58,576 nucleotides of DNA from Chiloscyllium plagiosum (Eukaryota). Positions 1-12,520 of the stretch are shown here, piece after piece. The notes beneath the pieces are model-generated. The model did no database searches. It had not been told where the DNA came from and worked only from the letters and a program-made list of their open reading frames with translations. Position 1 is the first letter of the stretch. Each line of letters starts with the position of its first letter. Position numbers and translations under genes: made by a program. The DNA is taken from assembly GCF_004010195.1 (NCBI RefSeq), contig NW_025215259.1:19425-78000 (forward strand), read 5' to 3'.

Positions 1-780
1 CAGAACCCCCCCCCCCATCGGGTCTAAAACCCCCAATAAGCCCACACCCCGCTACTGGCATCTTTCCATGCCACCGCAGGAACAGTAAAACCAGCACCCA
101 TACACTCTACTCATCTCCATCCAAGGCCCCAAGGGATCCTTCCACATCCGTTAGAAATTCATCTATACCGCTGCCAATGTCATCTACTGCATCCGTTGCA
201 CCCAGTGTGGTTTCCTCTACGTCAGAGGGACAGGACGCCTTCTTGCAGATCATTTCAGAGAACATTTCTGGGACACCCGCACCCAACAACTTCACCATCC
301 CGTGACTGAGCACTTCAACTCCCCATCCCACTCCATCAAAGACGTACAGGTCTTGGGCCTCTTTCACCGCCAAACCATAACCACCCAACACCTGGAAGAG
401 GAACGGCGTACATTCCGCCTTGGGATTCTGCCACCTCACGAGATAAGTCTGGATTTGAACAGTGTCTCATTTCTCTTCCCCCAAGTCCCAAGCCTCAAAC
501 TTGGCACCGCCACCTGGACCTATTCCATCACTGCTCCTTCTAACCTATGATCTTCTCCCTCATCTTCATCCAACTATCGCTTTCCCAGCTAACTCCCCCC
601 AACCCCATACCCCTAACATTTATCTCTCAGACCCGAATCACAAGCCTTATTGCAGGTGAAGGGCTTATGCTTGAAACGTGGACTCTCTTGCCCTACGGAA
701 CCTGACTGACTTGCTGTGCTTTTCTAGCACCACACTCCTGATTCTGATCTCTAGCATCTGCAGTCCTAACTTTCTCCTGG
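1..780 (+). mobile_element. Penelope-like element 3' fragment (GIY-YIG endonuclease plus terminal repeat)
   Basis: Translation NVIYCIRCTQCGFLYVRGTGRLLADHFREH...EHFNSPSHSIKDVQVLGL matches a PLE GIY-YIG domain; degenerate terminal repeat at ~655-780. Confidence 0.85.
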
Positions 781-1238
781 GAATAATCAATGATGTCGGA
801 GTGAAGATGCTCCTGGAGTGCAGTGATCACAGTGTGACTGAGTTTTGCGTTTATTTTGGGTGAGGGCAGACTGGATCTGAGACGAGCGCTTAACACCTAA
901 ACAACCGGAATGGTATCAGATACCGAAGTTAGGGCGGGCTGAAGTGAAGTGGAAAATTCTGTCAGAAGGTGGGTCAGTACAACTGCATCATATCACCCAG
1001 ACTGTAAAAGACATGCAGAAGGAACAAATCAATTTCAGTGCAGGCACAGGTAAAGTGGAAAGGAGAAAATACAACACACTGAGATGGAGTGGAATTATTA
1101 ATGAGAAAGAGTTCAATATTTAAGCTATTTTACGCACAGACTGCCCTCACATTGGAAAAAAGGAATTTCCAGCAGTGTAATGTAAATATTTGCCTGCAAC
1201 ATCACAATTCCGAGAGACACTGACATATTATCTTCTGT

Positions 1239-1310
1239 AGCAGCGTGGCCAAGGAAAAGCATGATTGGCCCATCAATCAGAATTCAATACTTCAAAGCTC
1301 TCCTCTGCAC
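1239..1310 (+). pseudogene. tRNA-iMet(CAT) pseudogene
   Basis: 72 nt colinear without gaps with vertebrate initiator tRNA (agcagcgtggc...ggcccat...tcctctgc); CAT anticodon kept, T-arm/B box degraded. Confidence 0.75.
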
Positions 1311-1706
1311 CGTACAATCTATTTGCTGCTCCTGTAGTCTGATCCCATTCGCTTCACAGTGTATCTTTTTCTGCTTCCTGCCACTTGAAACCTGAGCTAA
1401 TCACCAGTGTTTCCACTTTAACTTATCTTTTGTAACTCCTGAGCTGACACAGGTACGAGAGACCAATTGGCCTTCTCGAGCGCTCTCTCTCTGGTATGAT
1501 CTGAATGATAAAGGGTAATGTGTCTGAATTTCCCCACGCGGGATGGTGCTGTTTATCCCATCCCAGCGGACTGAGCTGCCTCCATTGGTAGAGTTGTCTC
1601 CATTGGTAGAGTAACACACAGTAACTGTGAAGATCTTTTGGATGTCATCCTCGAAGGTACATGCGCCAAAAGCTGAAGACTGCGGGACACTGCTGTAGTC
1701 AGCGCT

Positions 1707-1778
1707 AACACAGAGGCCCAGCGGGAGCCTGGTGGGCCAATAAACCAGAAATTAATGGGTAAAAAGATTCTTCTTTGC
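1707..1778 (+). pseudogene. tRNA-iMet pseudogene
   Basis: aacacagaggcccagcgggagcctggtgggccaataaaccaga... colinear with initiator tRNA, roughly two-thirds identical by eye. Confidence 0.65.
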
Positions 1779-2009
1779 AGAAGAACCCGATTCAAACCAT
1801 CTCCTGGGGAGAAAACGGATGTGGGAGGGCGGACAGTCTCAATTAGTTCCAGCATTTACAATCTTGGTCCATGTGACAACAAAAGCAGAAACCTGGAACT
1901 GTTTATCTTGCTTCTGAAAAACAGGTTAGTAAATTTTGAAGAGCTTAGATATTTCTTCTTGGTGTTCATGAAATTATCTAGAGCAGAGTACGGTTCCCTG
2001 AGTATGGTC

Positions 2010-2055
2010 TGACTTCTGGGTTATGGACTGTGATATTCTGCTCACATGATCTGAA
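2010..2055 (-). pseudogene. tRNA-iMet fragment (anticodon arm)
   Basis: Reverse strand gtccataacccagaagtc resembles GCCCATAACCCAGAGGTC; mirror position of the clearer copy at 43447. Confidence 0.45.
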
Positions 2056-3981
2056 CACATACAAAGAAATGGCTCAGTGACAAGATCTGCTGAATCGGAA
2101 TCAATGAAGAACAGAAGCTGATGGAATGAAAGGAGCCATAAGAGCGAGAATGTAGCAAGTTATTTTCCAGACTCGAGGAGAATGCATAATGTTGTTTCCA
2201 GGAGTCAATATCTATATAAGTTGACCGAATCAGTGTTGGGTGTTATTGTACTGCATCTTTTGTACAATATTGCAAAAGCACGGAACTTTTGTGTCGAGGG
2301 GACAAATTCAAAATCCTCAACGAGGCAATACACACAAATGAGGTAAACAACAAAATAACCACACAAATTAGTGTTACGTCATGGGGTAGACATCCTTGCT
2401 CAAATTTCGCTCAAAATCGCTCTCTGTCTAATTCCTAAGACTGAGATTCGAACAGTGAATGGTATTTCAATTCAAACTGCTCTGATCTCACAACTTCAGC
2501 ATTTCATATGCCCCCTTGTGTATGTCTGACAATAGTAATTGATCCCTCACTGTTATACTTCAGCACACGTAGAGAAGAAATAACTGTAAGGACAACAGTA
2601 ATGTATGTGACTGGGATTTTATCCGATTCTGTTGCAGCCAATTGATTCAGCTGTAATTGAAATTGCTTCCACCTTTCCTTTGTCGATAATAAGATTGCAT
2701 TGCTTAGAGGTGAGTTTTCATGCATTGAATTGGACTCGNNNNNNNNNNNNNNNNNNNNNNNNNNNNNNNNNNNNNNNNNNNNNNNNNNNNNNNNNNNNNN
2801 GTGAAGTTGTTAAGAGTAAATTCGAGGGAAATTCCCTCGTTTAGGTGTGTTTAAACTAGAGGTTAGAGCTTCAAACCCAGCGGGGCACGAGAAAGATATT
2901 TGGAGTAGGCATTCATTATTCTGAGAGTTATTGAATTCGCAGATGAGTTTTCATAAATAATAGCATATTAGCAGCTGATTCCAGAAAATTTGAAAAGCGT
3001 GTGCTGGCACAGAAGGAGTGAATTAAACAGCGACAGGGATTCTGGGCTGCCTAGACGGGGATGCAAAAGGTAAATACTCTCGAATTGGTTAACATTCTTA
3101 GGAAAGAAATTGCAAAGCACATGCAACTGAAAATATTGAATATAAGAAGAGCTGGTGGAGTTGGGAAGTGCAGCAGCTCATTCTACATGAAATATTATAT
3201 AATGTAAATGCACTGAGCTGTTTGGTTTAGCTCTACATTGAATGGAAGTTTGTTAGCTCAGTCCACTGACTAACCGGTTTATGAGAAAAATGAGACCAGC
3301 AGGGTGGGATTAATTGTCTCACTGTCTCATGTTTCCACAAGGATCATCATCTCGCCCACTCACCTGATCTGTAATATTGTGGTGCATCTAGTGAGCAAGA
3401 TTTGGCTTGTCGATGTAAAACATCATTATCATTGCCATCTGTTGTCTTGAACATTTGGTCATAATCAACCGAAAGGGGAGTGAGTCCATTTAATACTCTT
3501 TGATCTTCTCTAGAAAAATCCTGCGTCAAGACTCAACCTTATTCCAGTTCGACCCTTTGTTCCTCCCAACAGCAAAACTACTTGTCCAGATCCTTTACCA
3601 GGTTTACTGACAACATTCCAACTCCACAAAGAGATAAATCTAATAATTTCGATTGGTTTAATGAGCTGTGCAGCTCTCAGGAAATGGAATGATATGAAAC
3701 GAGTCAAACAGACATTCCCAGGATGTGATCCAGTGCTGGGTCAGCGATTTGAGGAAGGTCATCAAGCTGAAACTTAACCTCCGTTTCTTTATCCACAGAT
3801 GGATATTCAACTGGGGAATACTTGCAGATTTCCGTTTAATAATTGACATGTTTCTGAAAGACAAAACTTTTCCCCACGTCAGAAACTGGAGTTTTCAAAT
3901 AAATGCTACTTTACTCACCATTGTTTTCAACAGCGTTCATGTCTAATACTTCAGTAATCCCTGGTCAATGTCAGTAACAAC

Positions 3982-4053
3982 ATCTTTAGATAAGCATTGA
4001 ACTTACAACCTTGGCATTTCATGCACCTTTATGTATTAGGTGCTGACCAATTG
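3982..4053 (-). pseudogene. Intron-type tRNA-Ile(TAT) pseudogene, 5' end lost in gap
   Basis: Reverse strand caattggtcagcacctaatacataaa-[intron]-atgccaaggttgtaagttcaatgcttatctaaag matches vertebrate Ile-TAT exons; paralog at 39954. Confidence 0.65.
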
Positions 4054-5602
4054 NNNNNNNNNNNNNNNNNNNNNNNNNNNNNNNNNNNNNNNNNNNNNNN
4101 NNNNNNNNNNNNNNNNNNNNNNNNNNNNNNNNNNNNNNNNNNNNNNNNNNNNNNNNNNNNNNNNNNNNNNNNNNNNNNNNNNNNNNNNNNNNNNNNNNNN
4201 NNNNNNNNNNNNNNNNNNNNNNNNNNNNNNNNNNNNNNNNNNNNNNNNNNNNNNNNNNNNNNNNNNNNNNNNNNNNNNNNNNNNNNNNNNNNNNNNNNNN
4301 NNNNNNNNNNNNNNNNNNNNNNNNNNNNNNNNNNNNNNNNNNNNNNNNNNNNNNNNNNNNNNNNNNNNNNNNNNNNNNNNNNNNNNNNNNNNNNNNNNNN
4401 NNNNNNNNNNNNNNNNNNNNNNNNNNNNNNNNNNNNNNNNNNNNNNNNNNNNNNNNNNNNNNNNNNNNNNNNNNNNNNNNGTTCTGTAATTAAAGTGAAT
4501 GCAGACAAGGTGAAACTTACATGAACCTGTGATTATTGAAGCATCAGGTTCATGAAAAGGATACAAAAAGGAGACAAAAGTGTGAAAAATAGACTACATT
4601 GAAAAATGTGTTTCTGTTGGTTCCTGCGTTGTTTACAGACAATCTTAGATTGCCCCTGTCGGAGAGCTTTCCCTTCAATCAGTGTCAATCAGCACAGAAT
4701 TCGAATCAATGAAACCTCACCAACTTCCTTCTGAAAGTTCAAACAGGTAACATGAAACTTATTGCATTCATCAATAATCTTCACCATTCCTACATTCAAG
4801 AAAATGATGCACAGTTTCCATGAATATTGAAGATGTAAGAATGATATGCAAGAATAAATTCAATCACAGTTGAAATTGGAAAGTAGGAAGAATGCACAGA
4901 AAGACTCAGCATGTCAGAAATTCATGTGACCAGAACTGCAGACCAGAAATCTGCCCCTGAATCCCAATGTCCACACGTTTGCTTGCTCCATGTACCCAGT
5001 TGGAAACCTGTGTGAAGATAGCTTGCAGTCTGACAGAGCGCCTGAGAGAATCCTTCACTATCTGATCTAAAGTTGCTATTGGAGCTGTCTATTCTGGCTG
5101 TGAGAGCAGTGGTATAAAGGGAGGACTTTGATATTCCGTAGTGTCGATTCACATTGCCCTCATCAAATTATTGTTGAAAGCCCTCTGTAAGAAACAGCAC
5201 AGAAACTGTGGAACAGGAGGAGCCTATTCCAAACACCTGTCCTTCCCGCCGTTTGATATCATCATGGCTGACCAAACACGTCAATGTCTTGCACCAGCTC
5301 ATCCACAACAACCTGTCACACAACGGGATAAATACATTTAAGCAATCAAAAAATTCTGTGCAACCTTTGGAGGGAAATGTGTTTACAGACAGTGGGTTTC
5401 TGAACGAAATTTGCAGGTTTGGCGGGTGAGCATCTGAATCTGGTCTGATCATGATTCAAACGATATGATTCCGTAAAAACTTACAACCAAAAAGGTAAGG
5501 GATTTCCTCTGGTCAGTAGCAGTGATGAGAACTCCAGACGGCAGGGAGTGGCGAGGAATCAGCACAACAATCAATGATTCAGCTGAAAACTGAACTAAAC
5601 TC

Positions 5603-5694
5603 CAATTCTGGTGCGGTGCAAACCCACAAACATTGAACAGCAAAGTTCCTAAAGTTGCAGAAATCTAACGCGCTTTTTTTTGCGCCACAGAGCT
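5603..5694 (-). pseudogene. Intron-type tRNA-Arg(TCT) pseudogene
   Basis: Reverse strand gctctgtggcgcaa...agcgcgttagatttctg-[~18 nt]-ttcaatgtttgtgggtttg...accagaattg matches Arg-TCT exon/intron layout; paralog at 38468. Confidence 0.7.
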
Positions 5695-5864
5695 GCAGTC
5701 GCCACAATTTTACTGCACCCAAAGTTGCGGTTGTCGTGGAGAAAATGTCAACAATCACAAGGAGATGCGGGGAGTTTTTCAATGAGTAGATATTTTATTT
5801 GCAAACAATAACTGTGACATGCAGAAAGAAAATTCTTGAATGCTGCCGAATGTCAGGGTTCATG

Positions 5865-7188
5865 GCATAGAGTCATTGACATGTACCGCATGGAAACAGA
5901 CCCTTCTGTCGATCCAATCTAGTCACACCTGCCAGTACCTGGTCCATATCCCTCCATACCCTTCCTATTCATATACCCATCCAAATGCTTCTTTAATAAT
6001 GCAATTGTACCAGCCTCCACCACATGCTCTGGCAACTCATTCCATACACGTACCACTCTCTGCGTGAAAAAGTTATCCCTTAGGTCTCTTTTATATCTTT
6101 CCGCTCTCACCCTAAACCTACACCTTCTAGTTCTGGACTCACCGACCCCATGGAAAAGACTTTGTCTATTTATCNNNNNNNNNNNNNNNNNNNNNNNNNN
6201 NNNNNNNNNNNNNNNNNNNNNNNNNNNNNNNNNNNNNNNNNNNNNNNNNNNNNNNNNNNNNNNNNNNNNNNNNNNNNNNNNNNNNNNNNNNNNNNNNNNN
6301 NNNNNNNNNNNNNNNNNNNNNNNNNNNNNNNNNNNNNNNNNNNNNNNNNNNNNNNNNNNNNNNNNNNNNNNNNNNNNNNNNNNNNNNNNNNNNNNNNNNN
6401 NNNNNNNNNNNNNNNNNNNNNNNNNNNNNNNNNNNNNNNNNNNNNNNNNNNNNNNNNNNNNNNNNNNNNNNNNNNNNNNNNNNNNNNNNNNNNNNNNNNN
6501 NNNNNNNNNNNNNNNNNNNNNNNNNNNNNNNNNNNNNNNNNNNNNNNNNNNNNNNNNNNNNNNNNNNNNNNNNNNNNNNNNNNNNNNNNNNNNNNNNNNN
6601 NNNNNNNNNNNNNNNNNNNNNNNNNNNNNNNNNNNNNNNNNNNNNNNNNNNNNNNNNNNNNNNNNNNNNNNNNNNNNNNNNNNNNNNNNNNNNNNNNNNN
6701 NNNNNNNNNNNNNNNNNNNNNNNNNNNNNNNNNNNNNNNNNNNNNNNNNNNNNNNNNNNNNNNNNNNNNNNNNNNNNNNNNNNNNNNNNNNNNNNNNNNN
6801 NNNNNNNNAGCTCAAATCCTCCAACCCTGGCAACATCCTTGTAAATCTTTTCTGAACCCTTTCAAGTTTCACAACATCTTTCCGATAGGAAGGACACCAG
6901 AATTGCACGCAAAATTCCAACAGTGGCCTAACCAATGTCTTGTACAGCTGCAACATGACCTCCCAACCACTATACTCAATACTCTGACCAATAAAGGAAA
7001 GCATACCAAACGCCTTCTTCACTCTCATCTCTACCTGCGACTCCACTTTCAAGGAGATATGAAAATTCAATCCAAGGTCTCTTTGTTCAGCAACACTCCC
7101 CAGGACATTTCCATTAAGTGTATAAGACCTGCTAAGATTTGCTTTCTCAAAATGCGGCACCTGGCATTTATCTGAATTAAAGTCCATC
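5865..7188 (-). mobile_element. CR1-clade LINE, 3' part of ORF2 and 3' UTR (gap inside)
   Basis: LQLYKTLVRPLLEFCVQFWCPSYRKDVVKLERVQKRFTRM and FFTQRVVRVWNELP are CR1 ORF2 C-terminal motifs. Confidence 0.9.
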
Positions 7189-8254
7189 ACTTCATACTTT
7201 TTCTTTAATCATGTTTTGTTAGCTGATCAGAATGCCCAACTGTGTTAGTCAGAATTATCTCACTCCAGCTAAACAATAAACCAATAGTGTTGGTTCCCAT
7301 TGTCGTTCTACTTGTGCCACTATGAGTTTTCCTAATTCTACTTAATATTTTTCGACTGTCACTATTAGGTATTCTACTGCCACCTATGCTACAATGATCT
7401 TCCATCCCAGACTAATCTCTCATGATTAGATATTTAGCTACCCCATCTCTCACAATGTTTTCCTGTCCCAAGCTGACTCTCCAACCACTGATTAGATATT
7501 TAATGTAGTATCCTGCGACAATCGTCTCAAGCAGGCTGAATCTACTAGCAATTTATTATTTAAAGTCATGTCCTAAGTATTTATAGTCACGACTTGTCCC
7601 AACCTGTCATGATGATAGCTAGTAGGCCACCCTGACGTTACTAATTATTATTATCTCAGCCTGCCATAGTAAACTTTCAGCCTCTGTCTGCTAATTGGTG
7701 TAGGAGCATTCCACTATTCTTATCCCATCTTGCCACAGCGGCCCCATCCTGCCCCAGTGACCTTTTGACGAATGCAGCATTCCGCACACCTCTTGTAACA
7801 GATCGCCAGTAGTTGCCATGCCTTTACCCTTCCCATTTCTTCATGCTCTGTATATTCTGTGCAGTGTTCGGATATTTCATCAGATACTTTCTTTATCTTC
7901 ACTGACTTTTCAGTTGCTTCTCCTTATCCATGCGTGCTCTACCTTCTCAAGTATTAGGCTAAATACCCCTGAAATATTTTGATAACTCATAGCTTTACCA
8001 CACGTTCAAACAGTGAATTCGAAACAAACAACACTCTCAGAGTGAAAGCGTTCTTCCTATATCTCGTCTGCACATCCTCTCCCTTGTGCTTAATGGAGAT
8101 TCCTGGTTGTTAACTCTTCCCAGAAGAAGTTTATTCCTATCACACATACCGATCCCCTTAATGTGCACCTTAATCACTTCCTCACTCAGCCTTCTCTGCT
8201 CTGAGTTAAAGAGCCTGAGATGAGCTCTTCTATCTTCGCCATGGCGATACCGTC

Positions 8255-8645
8255 ATGCTGGAAAAGTATAGCAGGTAAGGCAGCATCTGAAGAGCGGGAG
8301 AATCGACGTTTCTGGCATAAGTCTTTCATCAGGAATGAGTCTTGTGGGTGGGGACTGAGAGATAAATGGGCGGGGTTTGGGTTTGGGTGCAAGGTAGCTG
8401 GGAAATCGAATGGTGGATGGAGGCGGAGAGAATGTGAAAAGTCAGAGGGGGAGAGATGAATGGGTCCGGAGGGTGGTGCTGAGTTGAATGATATGAGGGG
8501 AGGGGAAATGAGGAAGCCATTTAAATCCACGTTTATCCCGTGTGGTTGCAGGGTCCAAAGGCAGAATATGAGGCTTTCATCTTCCATTCCTCAGGTGGGG
8601 ACGGTTTGATGGAGGCTTATGCCCGAAACGTCGATTGTCCTGCTC
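8255..8645 (-). mobile_element. Truncated Penelope-like element with inverted terminal-repeat fragment
   Basis: LQPHGINVDL GIY-YIG tail on minus strand, terminal repeat at 8255-8340, inverted piece at 8608-8645; shared with right arm at 37560-38050. Confidence 0.75.
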
Positions 8646-9228
8646 TGCAATTCACATGGCAGGAGAGATGTGAAAACCAACGACTAAAAAATGACAAAAA
8701 CGTATAGATTTAGAATTAATGGAATTGAAACAGTGCAGACAGAAACCATTTGGCCAGATGAGTCTGCACTGTGCCGTGGAAGAGATTCACACTCCACCAC
8801 TCTATCTTTCTAAACCCGTATTTATGACCAACCTACAAAAATAGAAATTACTCCAAAGGTTCAGCGAGCCAGGCCGCATCAGTGGAGAGAAATCAGAGTT
8901 AACATTGCAATTTAAAAACGGTTCCGAAGCGTCTGTTGACCCGAAATGGTCATTCTATTTTCCCCGAGCTGCAATTCTCACTTTTGTCTCTTATTTACAG
9001 CACTTACAGTCCATTCAGACTTTGTTTGCCATTTACCAAAATTGCACACCTTTGCACTGTGGGAAGGAATCAGAGCAGCCAGAGGAAACGCACACGGAAG
9101 AGAGAGAACAGGAGTGTGCAAATTCCACACAGTCAGTCACATAAGTCTGAAATCGAAGGCGGGTTTCTGGCGCTGAAATGCGCAGTTCTACCCACTGTGC
9201 CCTCCCAATATGCCAGCGCCCATCCTGG

Positions 9229-9604
9229 AAGCGAATTCAATCCGATCTCGAGCAGTGACAGGAATTGTATGCAAAAAGAAGCCTATTTGTGAATACTGGA
9301 AATAAACATTTGCTTAACTATCCGAACTCTTTTTTAAAATTACTTGGCCTATAGCCTTGTATGACTTGGCATCACAAATTCACATCTGAATGCTTCTGAA
9401 AGTTGTGAAAGCGAATTCAATCCGATCTCGAGCAATGACAGGCGGTGGTACTACCCAGGAATTGTATGCAAAAAGAAGCCTATTTGTGAATACTGGAAAT
9501 TAACATTTGCTTAACTATCCGAACTCATTTTTAAAATTACTTGGCCTATAGCCTTGTATGACTTGGCATCAAAAATTCACATCTGAATGCTTCTGAAAGT
9601 TGTG
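9229..9604. repeat. Tandem duplication, ~180 bp unit
   Basis: agcgaattcaatccgatctcgagc...aaagttgtga repeated back to back at ~9230 and ~9410, second copy with a short insertion. Confidence 0.9.
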
Positions 9605-10342
9605 AGGATTTCTGCCTCTCCAAACTTTGCATGCACTAATTCCAAATTTAAAACAACCGCTGTTTCAAAACATTTGTCTGCACATTCACTCAAAACTTTC
9701 CTCTTCTATTCTTAAATCTATGCCACCCTACCCCTCCCCCCGTGATCGAACTCACTATCAAAGCGAAATGGTTATTTCAGTCTACGCCATCCATATTCCT
9801 TATTGTTGTGTACACCTCAATCATGTTTCCTCTCAATTGTTTTCTGCTCTAAGAAAAACGCCTCCAGTTTATCCAATTTCTCTTCATAACTGAAATTCTT
9901 CTACCCAGACAATATTCTGGTAAATCTCTCCTGCATCATTTCCAGTGCTATCATATCCGTGCTATTAGGCGAATTGCAGAAATGCACACATTAGACAAGA
10001 TAGAGCTAAATGAACAAGTGAAATAAATGATGTAGAAGTCCACAGGTAAAGGTATTTTCGAATAAATGTTCTTTTCCTCATTGCTGCCATGTGTCCTTTT
10101 CCTGAGCCTGATTTCCCAATAATCTCTGGTCCATGTTGTAAAAGCAGCTACATGAGAATTGATCTCACAACCACGGTATCGAAATGGATTGACTGGTTTG
10201 AAGGTGAGCACTTGGTTCTTCTATGACGGCACAGAGGCGCATGAATTGCCAAAGCTGAGAGTGCTCCTGGTTAAAGGCGGCGAGGAAGGCGGGGAGGAAT
10301 AATATTCGATTATTAAGATACAGCAGCAGCATTAACCCGCAC

Positions 10343-10414
10343 TGCAGATTGGCTCAGTGGAAGCGTGTTGGAGCCTAAAGCGGGAGGTCGATTAATTGAA
10401 AGCATTCTGTGAAT
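10343..10414 (+). pseudogene. tRNA-iMet pseudogene
   Basis: gcagattggctcagtggaagcgtgttggagcctaaagcgggaggtcgattaattgaaagcattct colinear with initiator tRNA; paralog at 33337. Confidence 0.7.
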
Positions 10415-10644
10415 TTTCCTTAACAATACGCTGTTTTGTTACTTTGACAGTAAGAGCTGTTTTTGATCACATCGTTCCACATCAGCCTCTTGCTCCCAGT
10501 AAACACTCCAATCCAACGTATATCACATTCATTCCAACACAGCCACATGTCATATTCTCATTCCCTCTGTGATAATTGGAATCGACAATGTCATTCTCTG
10601 AGATGCAGCAATGTAGCATGAAGTTGGTAGTGTAGTGAACAAAG

Positions 10645-11500
10645 AAGAACAAAGAACACAGAAACTTTACAGCCCAGGAACAGGCCCTTTGGACGTCGAA
10701 GCCTGAACTGATCCAAATCCACTGTCTGAAACTATCACCCAATTCCTAAGCATTTGCATCCCTCTGCACACCACCGACTGAAATGAATATACCCTGCTTG
10801 CCTCTACTCCCTCTGCTGGCAACGCTTTCCAGGCACCTTCCACCCTCTGTGAAAAATACTTCCAATTTCTATCTCTCTTAAACTTTTCACCTCTCAACTT
10901 GAACGCGTGACCTCTCATTACTTAGCCCCTCACCTTGGGACAAAGCTTATCTCTATCCATCCTGCCTATCCCCTTCACTAAATTGTAGACGTCAATCAGG
11001 TCCCCCTCAATCCCTCCTCAGAGCAAGCATCTTCCATATCAGGCAACATCCTCATAAATCTTTACTGCACACTCTCCTGAACGTCCACATCTTATTGGTA
11101 ATTTAGCTACCAGAACGATGCACACCATTCTAAATGTGGTTGAACCAAAATCTTGTACAATTTTAGCGTGATCTGCCAGCTCTTATACTCAATGCCCCGT
11201 TCAGTAAAAACAAGCTTGCCATATGCCCTTCTTGTCAACTCGATCCACCTGTGCAGCACCTTCAGGGTGCAAAGGACCTGAATTCCCAGATCCATCTGCT
11301 CATCAACTTTACCCAAGGCTCTTCCGTTTACTTGGCTCTCGAATTAGACTTCCCAAGATGCATCACTACACAGTTGCCTGGATCCAACTCCACCTGCCAC
11401 TTCTCCACTCAACTCTCCTGTCTATCTAGTTTCTCTTTCATTCTTGGACAGTCCCCTATGCTTTCTGCTACTCCACCAACCTTCGTGTCATTTGCAAATA
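10645..11500 (-). mobile_element. CR1-clade LINE 3' fragment
   Basis: LKLYKILVQPHLEWCASFW and RGHAFKLRGEKFKRD...FSQRVEGAWKALP; aagaac-type tail at ~10645. Confidence 0.85.
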
Positions 11501-11577
11501 AAATGGCGATATTTGGGCCAGCAACCCTTGGAGAATGGAGCTTGGCAACTGCTGCTAATTAGATTTGATGAATCCAA

Positions 11578-12019
11578 GTTTGTGAGAAGATTTGTAGCTC
11601 GGGTGCTCGTGGTTGTGGTTCTGTTCGCCGAGCTGGGAATTTGTGTTGCAGACGTTTTGTCCCCGGTCTCGTTGATATTCTCAGTGCTTGGGAGCCTCCT
11701 GTGAAGCGCTACTGTGATGTTTCCTCCGGCATTCACAGTGGTGACAAGCCAAATAGAGAACAGCCAGGGAATTCCTACAGTCATGGCACTCATCCACAGA
11801 TTCAATCAATAAGCACATCGACCTGGACCCAATATACCGGCCACTGCAGCAGACAGCTGGAACTGACAACCAAAAGCAGCAGATACAAACCACTATAAAT
11901 GCCGGAGGAAACATCACAGAAGCCCTTCACAGGAGGCTCCCAAGCACTCAGGATGTCACCTAGACAGGGGGCGAAACGTCTGCAACACAAATTCCAAGCT
12001 CGGCGAACAGAACCACAAG
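11578..12019 (+). mobile_element. Short Penelope-like insertion (second family) with inverted terminal repeat
   Basis: ~118 bp inverted arms (11616-11733 and 11898-12017) flank a GIY-YIG C-terminal remnant (SWHSSTDSINKHIDLDPIYRPL); hammerhead-like motif in each arm. Confidence 0.8.
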
Positions 12020-12294
12020 AGGTTTGGTGAATACAATCTGGAATATAAACCCGCTCAGAAGAAGAGTGACAAAAAGATTTAATTTGCTGGAAACCCATTC
12101 ATTCGTGTCCCTTCAAAAGGGAAATCAGCCTTCCTTAACGAGACCTGCCAACATGTAACTCCAGACGCACAATAGTACGGGTCACCCATAAATTTCCTCT
12201 GAATCAGTTCAAGGAGAGTGAAGGATGAACAACAAATGCTGTTCAGACGATGATAGCCACACTCCGTGGGAGAATAAGAAAGGATAAAAAAGAT

Positions 12295-12520
12295 ACATGG
12301 ATGACGGGAAAATCGGGGGTCGTGTCAGCGTGGACTCAAATTCAACTGATTATCCAAACTAAACAGACAAAAGGATACCCACGCCGCAAGGAAGTATGGT
12401 CTATGGGGGTGGGGTCTGTAGGAAGGGATTCAATTACCCGCTGAGATGTAAATTCACTTGCTCAGTTACAATGTGGACAGGTCATGCACCGTTCCCATAT
12501 TTGAGAAGGAATCAGTCAGG
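12295..12520 (+). pseudogene. C2H2 zinc-finger exon remnant
   Basis: With frameshifts and stops reads CQRGLKFN*LSKLNRQKDTH...VCRKGFNYP/SEM*IHLLSYNVDRSC; paralog at 32575. Confidence 0.65.

Noticed and set aside
3997..4566. Long ORFs spanning N runs (also 6064-7175, 34384-35056, 36228-37015)
   Set aside because: Their length comes from assembly gaps translated as X
12295..12356. tRNA-Ser-like 3' half (ggggtc...gcgtggactcaaattc)
   Set aside because: Better explained as the first finger of the C2H2-ZF remnant
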